From Gemmatimonadota bacterium (GTDB taxonomy: Bacteria > Gemmatimonadota > Gemmatimonadetes > Palauibacterales > Palauibacteraceae), in the NCBI GenBank assembly GCA_039589295.1, contig JBDHHR010000001.1:28058-92057 (forward strand): a stretch of DNA of 64,000 nt, read 5' to 3'. The notes under the pieces were generated by a model. That model saw only the letters and a list, made by a program, of their open reading frames with translations. It was not told the origin of the DNA and did no database searches. Below are positions 41,205 through 50,787 of the stretch, piece after piece. The translations under genes were made by a program, and so were the position numbers. How positions within the stretch are numbered: position 1 is the stretch's first letter; every line of letters starts with the position of its first letter.

Positions 41205-41381
41205 GTGAAACAATGTTGCGATTGTGGGGCGATGATCCCGGACCAGGCCAGGCGGTGCCCGCATTGTCGGCAGGCGCAGAAGCACGGCGAGCGACTGCCG
41301 CAGGTCATGTTGGTGGGCCTCAGCCTGGCTGCAGCGGTAGCCGTATTGATTGAGGGCTGTCCCGGGCTCGGACTCGGTTGA
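41205..41381 (+). CDS. Small (58 aa) zinc-ribbon protein with a C-terminal TM helix; missed by the ORF track
   Basis: GGAGG RBS 8 nt before GTG. MKQCCDCGAMIPDQARRCPHCRQAQKHGERLPQVMLVGLSLAAAVAVLIEGCPGLGLG: CxxC-x10-CxxC plus a hydrophobic helix. Confidence 0.75.
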   Translation: MKQCCDCGAMIPDQARRCPHCRQAQKHGERLPQVMLVGLSLAAAVAVLIEGCPGLGLG

Positions 41382-41505
41382 ACGGTGCTCCCGGTGACTA
41401 TCCTCAGGGCCCGGCAGCCTGGCGCTGGCAGGGAGACCGGGCCGCTCGCATCTTGACTTGGCTGGTTACTCGACGACCCAAGGCACCTTAATGCAGAGGA
41501 TAACC

Positions 41506-41934
41506 ATGAGAGTCTCGGTTGCCGGGTTCGTTCTCCCGGCAGTCCTCGCAGCCAGTTTGAGCTCATGTGCCGGCAGGGCCTACCTTCCGGGCCAGCCTGG
41601 AGGAGCCAGGTCCGACATCAGCGGCGCCGATGTTCGCGAGGCCTGGGTCGCGGCCCACCCCGAACTGGAGGAAGAACAGCACGAGGCGATCCTTGAGGGC
41701 GTCTTCATCACAGGTATGAACCTCGAGCAGCGCGACGTCATCACCAATCCGAGGCGCAAGGGCATCACGGGCAACGGATACTGGCGCTCCAGCGATATGG
41801 GTGACGAGATCAGGTATCGATGGTATGTGGCCAACGAGCGTGAGCCCTTCAGAGACGGCCGCGGCAGGTTGGTATGCGAGCTGGTATTCGTCGACAGCCA
41901 GCTAAACGAGGTTGCGTACTGCGCCGGAGACTGA
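41506..41934 (+). CDS. Hypothetical small lipoprotein
   Basis: AGAGGA RBS before ATG 41506 (alternative 41491). Signal peptide with lipobox LSSC; beta-rich C-half ending in a Cys pair. Confidence 0.65.
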   Translation: MRVSVAGFVLPAVLAASLSSCAGRAYLPGQPGGARSDISGADVREAWVAAHPELEEEQHEAILEGVFITGMNLEQRDVITNPRRKGITGNGYWRSSDMGDEIRYRWYVANEREPFRDGRGRLVCELVFVDSQLNEVAYCAGD

Positions 41935-42348
41935 CGAGCCGCTTTTGCTGAGTCCTCACCCCTGACTCACGAAGCGCCTGCTGTTCCCGCTGTGCCCCAA
42001 CCGCCACACCCCGCAATTCATCGCCTGCTGATCACACTTTGCAGCCCGGTACTGCTCTGGACTTCGAATCGGAAGAAGAGCAGATTGTGCGTGTTCGCAG
42101 CCGTCGACCCGGTAACCGTGCGCCGTGTGGACAGAAACCAACATGAACGATCGAAGTGATGCATTCGCGCAACATTATGCTGTACAGATCCCTTGATAGC
42201 GTTCGGGCGTTGCCCGGCAGGCGAGTGCAGTTTGCAAGCATCCCCCCCTCTGCAGCGAAGATTGAGATCCGTCGCAAGGCGTGGCCCGATAAGGATTCGG
42301 CCCGCAAAAACAATCGATTGCCGGCTTTTGCACGGTGTCCGCGCGAGC

Positions 42349-42364
42349 GGGTACGTGGCTTGCC
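42349..42364 (+). promoter_or_regulatory. Possible sigma54 (-24/-12) promoter for flp/tad
   Basis: GGGTACGTGGCTTGCC: GG-N10-GC spacing with ACG and TTGC matching the TGGCACG-N4-TTGCW consensus; deviations at three positions. Confidence 0.35.
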
Positions 42365-42585
42365 CCATCGCCTCCTCGGTGGGCCGGTCGGCCCGTCCGC
42401 CCGTGTGCGCCGACACGTCGGCACGATTCGTTCAGGGAGGACGGTCGCGCTGGATCCGTGACGGTCCCGAACCGCTCCGGATTACACGTCAGGGGCGGTC
42501 GTCAGATCGCCAACTTCACCGTGGGTGCCGCTCGATGGCAGAAAGCGAGGGCGCCCGAAACGAAGCACCTAGCCGGGAGGACAGG

Positions 42586-42765
42586 ATGGTTGCACAGCTC
42601 AAAGCGCTTTGGGTCGACGAGTCGGGGCAGGACCTGGCGGAGTACGCGCTGCTCCTCGCTCTGATCGCATTGCTCGTTATCGTCGCCCTGAGGCCGGTCG
42701 GTCAGGAAATCAGCAAGGTCTTCGAGAAGATCAAGACTGAGCTGGCGAACTCGGGCGGCAGCTAA
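42586..42765 (+). CDS. flp: Flp (type IVc/Tad) prepilin
   Basis: GGGAGG RBS, ATG 42586. Leader ...DESG|QDLAEYALLLALIALLVIVAL with Glu+5/Tyr+6; 59 aa. Confidence 0.93.
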   Translation: MVAQLKALWVDESGQDLAEYALLLALIALLVIVALRPVGQEISKVFEKIKTELANSGGS

Positions 42766-42784
42766 GACGCCACGCCCGACTGGT

Positions 42785-42839
42785 GGATCCGGCGACGGGT
42801 CCGCAGGCACGCTTGCGGGAGCGGCGCTGAGCCGCTCCC
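42785..42839 (+). other. Three chained stem-loops directly after flp
   Basis: GGATCC/GGGTCC, CCGCAGGC/GCTTGCGG and GGGAGCGGC/GCCGCTCCC, each overlapping the next by 2 nt; no U-tract. Confidence 0.6.
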
Positions 42840-42896
42840 CGGCGTGACCCTGGAGCACACATAATCGGCACACGGACACACGGAGAGGGGCTGTCC

Positions 42897-43412
42897 TTGG
42901 ATCCCAGCGCAGTCGGACTGGTCTTCCTGGTCGCGGTCGCCGCGGCCTTCGACGTGGGAACGCACAGGATTCCCAACTACGTCACCGTAACCGGTGTATT
43001 GGTGGCGCTCGGCCTGCGAGGTGCGGGCAGCGGCGCCATGCTTCTGGCTGGTCTGGCGGGTGCGCTCATGGCCTTCGCGGTTTCCTTCTCCATATACATC
43101 TTGGGCGGACTGGGTGGTGGGGATGTAAAGCTCCTTACGGCGGTAGGAGCGTTCCTGGGTCCGAGGCGCCTGGTCACCGCGCTGCTGGCCACGGCTCTGG
43201 TAGGTGGCATCATGGCGCTTGTCCAGATCATCCGCCGTCGGGCACTCAAGAGGACCATCGCTGGAGTCGGAGGCTTGATCCGCGGCTTCTGGCTGCGCTG
43301 GTTCTCCGGCGGCAGTATACAGGCGACGCCGACCCTGGACACGCCGGGAGCAATCACCGTCCCATACGGTCTTGCCATCGCCATAGGGGCCGTCGCCGGC
43401 TTGCTGAGCTGA
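42897..43412 (+). CDS. cpaA: Prepilin peptidase (A24, CpaA/TadV)
   Basis: TTG start with GGAGAGG. Catalytic Asp motifs AFDVGTHRIPN and LGGGDVKLL; C-terminal VPYGLAI. Confidence 0.92.
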   Translation: MDPSAVGLVFLVAVAAAFDVGTHRIPNYVTVTGVLVALGLRGAGSGAMLLAGLAGALMAFAVSFSIYILGGLGGGDVKLLTAVGAFLGPRRLVTALLATALVGGIMALVQIIRRRALKRTIAGVGGLIRGFWLRWFSGGSIQATPTLDTPGAITVPYGLAIAIGAVAGLLS

Positions 43413-43526
43413 CGAGGGAACCATGTCGGATGACACGCGAGCGAGGTAGAGTTGCACATGCACTCCGGAGCCAGGGCGCGGACTCGCGCCGAGACACGAC
43501 CCAGCGAAGTCACGGGGTAATGGGCC

Positions 43527-44372
43527 ATGCGTAGGAGAAGGCTGTTCATAGTACTCATGCTGGCTTTGATTTCGGGTTTGGCAGCGGCCTGGCTGGCACT
43601 CAATTATGTGAGTCAGCAGCCAGATAACCCGATCGGAGCCACGCGGACGGAAACGACGGAAGTCGTCGTGGCGGCAACCGATCTGCCCCTGGGCCACACA
43701 CTCACGGCAACCGACATCAAGCTCGTGGATTGGCCGGGCGAGGCGATTCCAGAGGGCTATACGGCCTCCGTCGAGGAAGTCCTCGGCCGCGGGTTGATCG
43801 TGCCTGTAGCGATGAACGAGCCCCTGTTGTCGGCAAAGATCGCCGTCCTGGAAGCTGGGGGCGGGCTGCCCATAGTCATTCCCGACGGAATGCGGGGCAT
43901 CAGCGTGAGGGTGGACGAGGTCGTAGGCGTGGCCGGTTTCGTCCTTCCCAGCACGCGGGTCGATGTGCTGGTAACCCTGGACCAGGGGCCGTATGCCAGC
44001 AATCCGGTCACGCGTATCGTACTGCAGAACATGGCGGTCCTCACCTCCGGCCAGGTGATCCAGCAGACCGAGGATGGCGAGCCGATCACGGTCACCGTCA
44101 TAACCCTTCTGGCCTCCCCCGAGGAGGCGGAGCAGCTCGTGCTGGCGGCCACCAAGGGCCGTATCCAGCTCGCCCTGCGCAACACTCTCGACCTGGATTC
44201 GCTGGAAACGAGAGGCGTGCGGCTCAACAGCCTGGTACCGGCGGAGCGGGTGGCCCGACGGGCTCCGTCCCCGAGACGCGTAACCCCGCCGGTGTCCTCG
44301 GCTCGCTCGATCGAAGTGTATCGCGGGCCTGAAGTGAAGACCGAAACCGTAGACGAGGGCGGCTCACAATGA
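43527..44372 (+). CDS. cpaB: Flp pilus assembly protein CpaB/RcpC
   Basis: N-terminal TM, SAF domain VVVAATDLPLG, GMRGISV.VDEVVGVAGFVLPSTRVDVL, IQLALRN. Confidence 0.93.
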   Translation: MRRRRLFIVLMLALISGLAAAWLALNYVSQQPDNPIGATRTETTEVVVAATDLPLGHTLTATDIKLVDWPGEAIPEGYTASVEEVLGRGLIVPVAMNEPLLSAKIAVLEAGGGLPIVIPDGMRGISVRVDEVVGVAGFVLPSTRVDVLVTLDQGPYASNPVTRIVLQNMAVLTSGQVIQQTEDGEPITVTVITLLASPEEAEQLVLAATKGRIQLALRNTLDLDSLETRGVRLNSLVPAERVARRAPSPRRVTPPVSSARSIEVYRGPEVKTETVDEGGSQ

Positions 44373-45757
44373 TGACTCTCAGGCGAACAGACCGAGCTCT
44401 TCGCGGAGGAAGGATCTCCATCGCCGGCTACTTGCTGTGCGCCGCTCTTGTTATCCCGCTCCTACCGAGCGGGGCGGCGGCTCAGGCCACGAGCCAGGGT
44501 ACCGCGCAGGCCGGCGTGATCGAGGTGACGTCCGGGAATTCCCACCTCGTCCTTCACCCGGTAGTACTGCAGCGGGTATCGATCGCTGATCCGGCGGTGG
44601 CCGATGCGGTGGTCGTCTCGGCCCGCGAGATAGTGATAAACGGTAAGAAGGCAGGCACCACCAGCCTGATCCTGTGGGACAACGCAGGCGGGCGCGACCT
44701 TTATTCGGTGCGCGTCACAGCTGACGCGGGCAGCCTCGAGGAAGATCTGAGAGAGCTCTTCCCCGAGGACGACATTTCGGTCGAGGCCTCTGGCGCATCC
44801 GTCATCCTCTCGGGCAGTGTGGGCCAGGCGCTGACCGCCGAGAAGGCAGTGGATATTGCCCTCAAGAGCCTCGGAGAGGGAGCGTCGGTCATCGACAACC
44901 TCTCCGTCCCCGACCCCGGGCAGATTCTGCTCCAGGTTCGTTTCGCGGAGGTGAGCCGGACGGCGCTGGAGCGTGCCGGGATCAACATCCTCCGGTTCAA
45001 CGCGGATAAGGTGTCCGGATTCTCCACGGCCGGCAGGCCGTCAGCTTTCTCAGGTGAGTTCCCGAGGGACCTAGAGGGACCACAGCAGACTTTCTCGGAC
45101 GCGGTGAATCTGTTCCTGTTCGAGCCGGATGCGGATCTGAGCATCTTCATTCAGGCCCTCAAGTCCAACGGCCTGTTCCGCAGCCTGGCCGAGCCCAATC
45201 TGCTGGCCGTGCACGGACAGCCGGCCACGTTCCTTGCCGGCGGGGAGTTTCCGTATCCCGTTGTGCAGGGTGGAGCGGCTGCCGGCGCGGTGACGATCCA
45301 GTTCCGCGAGTTCGGCATACGGCTGGACTTCACGCCGACCATCACTACCAGCGGCAACATTCGCCTGCACGTGGCGCCCGAGGTGTCGTCGCTCGACTTC
45401 GCCAACGGACTGACGCTGTCGGGCTTCAACATCCCAGCCATTCTCTCGCGCAAGGCGGAGACGGAGATTGAGCTGCGCGACGGACAGACCTTCGCTATCG
45501 CGGGGCTTATCGACAACTCGATCATCAAAGACGTGGACAAGATACCGGTACTGGGCGACATCCCGATCCTGGGAGCGCTGTTCCGATCGACGGAGATGCG
45601 GCAGAACCGGAGCGAGTTGCTGGTGCTCGTTACGCCGCGTCTGGTGCAGCCTCTGGATGAGCCGCCGGCAGTTCCGCCGGGCGAGCCTGATGGCTGGGAT
45701 TGGGATAAGCGCATGCGAGAGCCGCTGTCCGGCGGAAGCGGATCTCCGTCGCCATAA
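44369..45757 (+). CDS. cpaC: Tad secretin CpaC/RcpA
   Basis: VSIADPAVAD, GTTSLILWD, QILLQVRFAEV, AEPNLLA..G..ATFLAGGEFP, LRDGQTFAIAGL, PVLGDIPILGALFRS. Confidence 0.93.
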   Translation: MMTLRRTDRALRGGRISIAGYLLCAALVIPLLPSGAAAQATSQGTAQAGVIEVTSGNSHLVLHPVVLQRVSIADPAVADAVVVSAREIVINGKKAGTTSLILWDNAGGRDLYSVRVTADAGSLEEDLRELFPEDDISVEASGASVILSGSVGQALTAEKAVDIALKSLGEGASVIDNLSVPDPGQILLQVRFAEVSRTALERAGINILRFNADKVSGFSTAGRPSAFSGEFPRDLEGPQQTFSDAVNLFLFEPDADLSIFIQALKSNGLFRSLAEPNLLAVHGQPATFLAGGEFPYPVVQGGAAAGAVTIQFREFGIRLDFTPTITTSGNIRLHVAPEVSSLDFANGLTLSGFNIPAILSRKAETEIELRDGQTFAIAGLIDNSIIKDVDKIPVLGDIPILGALFRSTEMRQNRSELLVLVTPRLVQPLDEPPAVPPGEPDGWDWDKRMREPLSGGSGSPSP

Positions 45758-45777
45758 GAAACGCCGAGTGGGGGAAC

Positions 45778-47037
45778 ATGGACGGCCGAAGCCTTAAGAG
45801 CGCGATCATCTCGACCGACGCGGACCTGCGGGATCTTCTCCGGGGAGTGCTGGCGGTGGAGGATACGGACATCTCCGTCGGGTTGGAGGTCGGAGTTCCG
45901 TTCCCCGAGATCAACGACGCGCATCTTGAACAGCTTCGCCAGCTGGACCCGGACCTCATCTTCCTCGACCTGGAGGAGGATGCGGTCATGGGGCTCAAGT
46001 TCGCTCAGTTCCTGGTCGAAGGTGCGCCGACCAGGCGCCTCATCGGGCTGGGCCCCACGCTGTCGCCCGAGCTGCTTATTTCGGCCATGCAGTCAGGAAT
46101 CTCGGAGTACATCCAGAAACCGGCCACGAACGAGACCCTCACCGACGCGGTCGATCGGATTGCCCGCAAGTTCGGCCGCAAGGCCGACGACCGGAAGCGG
46201 GAACCAGGCAAGCTTCTGGCTTTCTTCAGTCCGAAGGGCGGCGCGGGGTCTACATGCGTGGCCACCAACGCGGCGGTGTCCATCCACCGTCTCACTCGCA
46301 AGAAGGTTCTGCTGGTCGATCTGGACCTCGAGCTGGGCGAGACGGCTCTGTTCCTAGGGGTGGAGCCGCGGTTCAGCTTCGTCGATCTGGTGCGAAACTT
46401 CCACCGGGTGGACGCAGGCCTGCTCGCCTCATACATCGAGAAGCACGAGTCGGGCGTCGAGCTGCTCTCGGCGCCGTTCCACCCCGCCAAGGCCGAGGTG
46501 GTCACGGGGGATCAGATCAGACAGATCCTGCATTTTCTCAAGCAGCACTACGACTACATAATCGTCGACACCACCAAGTCCTTCGCACCTCCGACGCTGG
46601 CCACCCTCGAGCAGGCGGATACCGTCTTCCTGATCACTGCCATCGACCTCCCGTCGCTCCGCAATATCACGCGCTGCCTGCCCCTGCTCGAGAGAATGAG
46701 CGAGGTGAAGAGCGACGACTGGCTGCGGCTCGTGATCAACCGGTACCAGGCGAGCGATCCCATCTCGCTGGACGAAGTCGAGAAGACTCTCGGACTGCCG
46801 GTGTACTGGACGCTCAGCAACGACTTCGAGTCGGTAATGAGCTCGATAAACTCCGGAAAACCGGTGGTCCTGGCAGATAAATCGGGCTTCGCGCGTGATA
46901 TGAAAAGTTTCGTAAGCGCTGTGACCGGGATGGCGGCCGACCGCGGAGCCGGCGGCGGGCTATTCGATCGCGGCCTGTTCAAGCCGCTCCGACGGCTGAT
47001 AGGCCAGAAGGCCAGTGATGGGGACGAGGCAAGATGA
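45778..47037 (+). CDS. cpaE: CpaE/TadZ pilus localisation protein (receiver-like + MinD/ParA-like domain)
   Basis: Deviant Walker [34 protein letters not shown]. Confidence 0.88.
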   Translation: MDGRSLKSAIISTDADLRDLLRGVLAVEDTDISVGLEVGVPFPEINDAHLEQLRQLDPDLIFLDLEEDAVMGLKFAQFLVEGAPTRRLIGLGPTLSPELLISAMQSGISEYIQKPATNETLTDAVDRIARKFGRKADDRKREPGKLLAFFSPKGGAGSTCVATNAAVSIHRLTRKKVLLVDLDLELGETALFLGVEPRFSFVDLVRNFHRVDAGLLASYIEKHESGVELLSAPFHPAKAEVVTGDQIRQILHFLKQHYDYIIVDTTKSFAPPTLATLEQADTVFLITAIDLPSLRNITRCLPLLERMSEVKSDDWLRLVINRYQASDPISLDEVEKTLGLPVYWTLSNDFESVMSSINSGKPVVLADKSGFARDMKSFVSAVTGMAADRGAGGGLFDRGLFKPLRRLIGQKASDGDEAR

Positions 47038-48431
47038 ACGATCACCCTGCACAACAAGACAGCCCGCAGAGCGAAAGCGGCGAAAACGGGCCGATGGCCT
47101 GGGATGACGCTCCGGCAATCGAGCGGACAACGCCCGGCCCGCAGGCAAGCACCCTGCAGGATACCACCATCATGCAGGAGATCAAGGTCCGAGTGCACCG
47201 CCAGCTCTTGGAGCGGCTGAATCTGTCTAACCTCGATGCCCTCGACAAAGGACAGGTGGTGGAGGAGATCCGCCGGGTCGTGCATGACCTGCTGGCCCGG
47301 GAGACGACCCCCCTAAACTTCGATGAGCGCGAAGAGCTGGTGGGCCAGGTTCTGGACGAGATCTTCGGACTGGGCCCCATCGAGCCGCTCCTACAGGACC
47401 CCACTATCTCGGACATTCTGGTCAACACGCATGACCAGGTGTACGTGGAACGCGCCGGGCGTCTGGAGAGAACCGACGTCCGCTTCAAGGATGACCGCCA
47501 CCTGCTACAGATCATCGATCGCATCGTGTCGGCTGTCGGGAGGCGCATCGACGATTCGTCCCCCATGGTCGACGCCCGGCTGACTGACGGATCGCGCGTC
47601 AACGCTATCATCCCGCCGCTGGCCATCGATGGGCCACACATGTCGATCCGTAAGTTCAAGAGGGACGCTCTCTCGGCCCCGGACCTCATGCGGACGGAAA
47701 CGTTCACCCCGGCGATGCTGGAGATCATGCAGGGAATCGTCCAGGCAAGACTCAACGTGTTGATATCGGGCGGTACCGGCGCCGGGAAGACCACACTCCT
47801 CAATGTGCTGTCCGAATCGATCCCGGTGGGCGAGCGGGTGGTGACCATCGAGGACTCGGCGGAACTTCAGTTGAGGCAGCCCCACGTCGTCCGGTGCGAG
47901 ACCCGAACCGCGAACGTGGAGGGTGTCGGAGCCGTACCGCAGCGCCGGCTGGTGATCAACGCTCTGAGGATGCGCCCGGACAGGATCATCGTCGGGGAGG
48001 TCCGCGGCGCCGAGGCGATTGACATGCTTCAGGCCATGAACACCGGCCATGACGGGTCTCTGACCACGCTGCACGCCAACAGCGCACGCGACGCCCTCGC
48101 CCGCCTGGAGACGATGATTTCCATGGCCGGTCTAAACCTGCCGGAGAAGGGAATGAGGCAGCAGATCGCGAGCGCCATCCAGGTGCTGATCCACGTCGGG
48201 CGTCTGTCCGACGGAAACAGGAAGATCCTCTCTATCTCCGAGATAACAGGTATGGAAGGCGAGATCATCACCATGCAGGACGTCTTCGTCTTCCAACGGG
48301 AAGGCGTTGACACGGACGGACAGGTCCTGGGCCGCTTCCAGGCCACAGGCATCCGGCCCAAATTCACTGAACGCCTCCACGCCTACGGAATCGAGCTTCC
48401 CATCTCGTTGTTCAGCAACGTGCAGGCGTAA
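47034..48431 (+). CDS. cpaF: Tad pilus motor ATPase CpaF/TadA
   Basis: [53 protein letters not shown]. Confidence 0.96.
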   Translation: MNDHPAQQDSPQSESGENGPMAWDDAPAIERTTPGPQASTLQDTTIMQEIKVRVHRQLLERLNLSNLDALDKGQVVEEIRRVVHDLLARETTPLNFDEREELVGQVLDEIFGLGPIEPLLQDPTISDILVNTHDQVYVERAGRLERTDVRFKDDRHLLQIIDRIVSAVGRRIDDSSPMVDARLTDGSRVNAIIPPLAIDGPHMSIRKFKRDALSAPDLMRTETFTPAMLEIMQGIVQARLNVLISGGTGAGKTTLLNVLSESIPVGERVVTIEDSAELQLRQPHVVRCETRTANVEGVGAVPQRRLVINALRMRPDRIIVGEVRGAEAIDMLQAMNTGHDGSLTTLHANSARDALARLETMISMAGLNLPEKGMRQQIASAIQVLIHVGRLSDGNRKILSISEITGMEGEIITMQDVFVFQREGVDTDGQVLGRFQATGIRPKFTERLHAYGIELPISLFSNVQA

Positions 48432-48444
48432 CGGAGACGTGGAC

Positions 48445-49434
48445 ATGACTGATCTGCTGCCCACGAACTGGCTTCCGGCGCTGCTCGTCTTCGTCGCGGT
48501 CGGCCTCGCGGTCGTGTCGGTCGCCTTTCTCATCGAAAGCATGCGGGAGGTCAGGAAACGAAGGGATTTCCGGCGCCAGCTGAGCTCCGCCACCACGCGG
48601 ACCGAGAACGCGACTCCCACCGCCGGTTCGGTGATGCTCCCGCAGGAGGAGACTCAGAGGTGGCTGGAGCCTCTGCTGGCGGTCCTACCGCAGGGCCGGG
48701 ACCTTGGTCTCCTGCTGGCCCAGGCCGACCTGGACTGGAGCGTCGGCAGCTTCCTGACGATCTGTTTCGGACTGGCCGTGGCATTCGGAGTGAGCGGCAT
48801 GGTTGTGTCGCAGGGGCCGTTGCCACCGGTTCTCGCGGCGGTCTTTGGATTCATGCTTCCCTTCATCTACGTCCGCCGGCTCAAGAAGAAGCGAATTGCA
48901 GCGTTCGAGGAAGAGTTCCCGGAGGCGGTCGATCTTCTCGGCCGTTCCATTCGGGCCGGACACGCGTTCGCCACGGGTCTCAAGGTGGTGGCTGAAGAGT
49001 CGGAAGACCCCTTGGGCAAAGAGTTCCGGCAGGTCTTCGAGGAGCAGCGTTTCGGCCTGTCGGTCGAGGACTCGATGCTGGGTCTGGCCGACCGCATAGA
49101 CCTCATCGATGTTCGCATCTTCGTAACCGCGATTCTCGTGCAGCGCGAGGTCGGCGGGAACCTGGCCGAGATTCTCGACAAGATCGCATACACGGTTCGC
49201 GAGCGGTTCATGCTCCAGCGGCAGGTCCGTGTGTACACGGCGCAGGGGCGCCTCACAGGGTATCTCCTGGCCGGGCTTCCCATCGGCGTGGGATCGATGA
49301 TCTACATGCTGAACCCGGAGTACATGAGCATTCTGTTCACCGAGCCGATGGGCCGGCTGATGATCGCGGGAGCGGTGGTCCTCCAGGTCATCGGCTTCTT
49401 CGCCATACGCAGGATCATCGATATCGAGATCTGA
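48445..49434 (+). CDS. tadB: Tad inner-membrane platform TadB
   Basis: Start ATG 48445. FPEAVDLL.RSIRAGH, QREVGGNLAEIL, TAQGR. Confidence 0.92.
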   Translation: MTDLLPTNWLPALLVFVAVGLAVVSVAFLIESMREVRKRRDFRRQLSSATTRTENATPTAGSVMLPQEETQRWLEPLLAVLPQGRDLGLLLAQADLDWSVGSFLTICFGLAVAFGVSGMVVSQGPLPPVLAAVFGFMLPFIYVRRLKKKRIAAFEEEFPEAVDLLGRSIRAGHAFATGLKVVAEESEDPLGKEFRQVFEEQRFGLSVEDSMLGLADRIDLIDVRIFVTAILVQREVGGNLAEILDKIAYTVRERFMLQRQVRVYTAQGRLTGYLLAGLPIGVGSMIYMLNPEYMSILFTEPMGRLMIAGAVVLQVIGFFAIRRIIDIEI

Positions 49435-50363
49435 TGATAGCGCTAGTCGTCATTCTCACGGCAGTGGCGGTCGTACTGGCCGTTGTAGCGGTCGCCGAGC
49501 TGGTCCCGGCCCGCGAGCGAGCGGTCGCGCGCAAGCTGGAGGAACTCGAGCAAATCGTCTCGCAGCGCAGCGTCACCCAGCGGCGACGCCGTCAGGAGAA
49601 GAGTGACCGTCTGGAGGTCTGGCTCGAGAACCTCGGCGAGCGTGTATCCAGCGGGCGATCGGACCTGGTGGAGGTACGACAGAAGGTCGTGCGGGCCGGC
49701 TTTCGCCAGCCTCAGGCGGCCTCGGTCTACTACGCCCTACGTATCGTGGCAGCAGCCGGCGGCGTCTTCGGAGTCCTGGTGGCAGCGCCTGCTCTGGGTG
49801 TATCGGGCACGTCGTTCCTGGTCTGGCTCGGTGCCGGCGCAGCAATCGGCTGGATGCTTCCCTCTTTCCTCCTTGGGCGACGCATCAAGCGACGCCAAAA
49901 GGAAATCCAGAAGGCGCTTCCTGATGCGCTGGACATGCTGGTCGTCTGCGTGGAGGCAGGCCTGGGACTCAACCAGGCGATGGTCCGCGTCTCGGACGAG
50001 ATCGAGACGATAAGCCCGGTGATGTCAGAGGAGCTCCAGATCGTGAACCTGGAGATCCGGGCCGGGAAGCCTCGCGAGGAAGCCCTGCGCAATCTGGGCC
50101 TGCGTACAGATGTCGCTGATGTGCGGGCGCTCGCCACCATGCTCATCCAGACGGACCGTTTCGGAACCTCCGTCGCGCAGGCGCTGCGGGTCCACTCGGA
50201 CGGCCTGCGAACCAAGCGCCGGCAGCGCGCCGAGGAGGCGGCGGCCAAGACGACCATCAAGATGGTAATACCGCTCGTTCTCTTCGTCTTTCCCGCCCTG
50301 TTCGTGGTCATCCTCGGGCCGGCCGTGATGCACATTCTGCGAGAGCTGGGGGCCGCAATTTGA
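49434..50363 (+). CDS. tadC: Tad inner-membrane platform TadC
   Basis: LPDALDMLVVCVEAGLGL, QTDRFGTSVAQAL, AEEAAAK...PLVLFVFP. Confidence 0.92.
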   Translation: MIALVVILTAVAVVLAVVAVAELVPARERAVARKLEELEQIVSQRSVTQRRRRQEKSDRLEVWLENLGERVSSGRSDLVEVRQKVVRAGFRQPQAASVYYALRIVAAAGGVFGVLVAAPALGVSGTSFLVWLGAGAAIGWMLPSFLLGRRIKRRQKEIQKALPDALDMLVVCVEAGLGLNQAMVRVSDEIETISPVMSEELQIVNLEIRAGKPREEALRNLGLRTDVADVRALATMLIQTDRFGTSVAQALRVHSDGLRTKRRQRAEEAAAKTTIKMVIPLVLFVFPALFVVILGPAVMHILRELGAAI

Positions 50364-50722
50364 AGGTGCTGCGCGTCGTCAACGCCAATCGGGGCACGAG
50401 CCTCGGCACGCGAATAGGCCTGGCGGACACTTGGTGGACACGGCTTCGCGGTCTGCTGGGCGCTCCTCGTCTGCAGGAGGGAGAGGGGCTGCTCATCCGG
50501 CCCTGCAACGGGGTCCACATGTACGGCATGAAGCAGTCACTCGACGTGGCTTTCCTGGCCGGGGACGGATCGGTCGTGGCCATGTACCACGACCTGCGGC
50601 CCGGACGGCGGTCGAAGTGGCACTCTCCGGCACATGACGCACTCGAGCTGCCTCCCGGCACGCTGAACGCGACGGCAACCGAGGTCGGAGACGTCATTCG
50701 CGTCGAACCGGCGGAAGACTGA
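50360..50722 (+). CDS. DUF192 family protein
   Basis: ADTWWTRLRGLLG, GLLI.PCNGVHM.GM..SLDVAFL, LELPPG; TTGA-coupled to tadC. Confidence 0.88.
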   Translation: MKVLRVVNANRGTSLGTRIGLADTWWTRLRGLLGAPRLQEGEGLLIRPCNGVHMYGMKQSLDVAFLAGDGSVVAMYHDLRPGRRSKWHSPAHDALELPPGTLNATATEVGDVIRVEPAED

Positions 50723-50787
50723 TCGGGGCGACGCAGCGAGGATAGGCCCGGGGTAGCCCGGCAGGCTGCCAGCAAGAGGATAGGGAG

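Noticed and set aside
41379-41460. Selenocysteine read-through of the Zn-ribbon ORF's TGA
   Set aside because: The TGA is not in a redox motif context and no SECIS-like hairpin is evident downstream.
40928-41566. Cys-rich minus-strand ORF
   Set aside because: Antisense to the flippase-like gene, the RBS-supported Zn-ribbon ORF and the lipoprotein; no coherent domain.
42135-42236. c-di-GMP-II-like words (GAAAC..ATGAAC..GGGCGTTG..AGTGCAG) upstream of flp
   Set aside because: The key GGGCAC/GTGCAAC elements are mismatched and the spacing is too long; no c-di-GMP-I GNRA/receptor pattern either.
43423-43449. 8-codon mini-ORF with a GAGGGA RBS between cpaA and cpaB
   Set aside because: Too short to distinguish from chance without conservation data.
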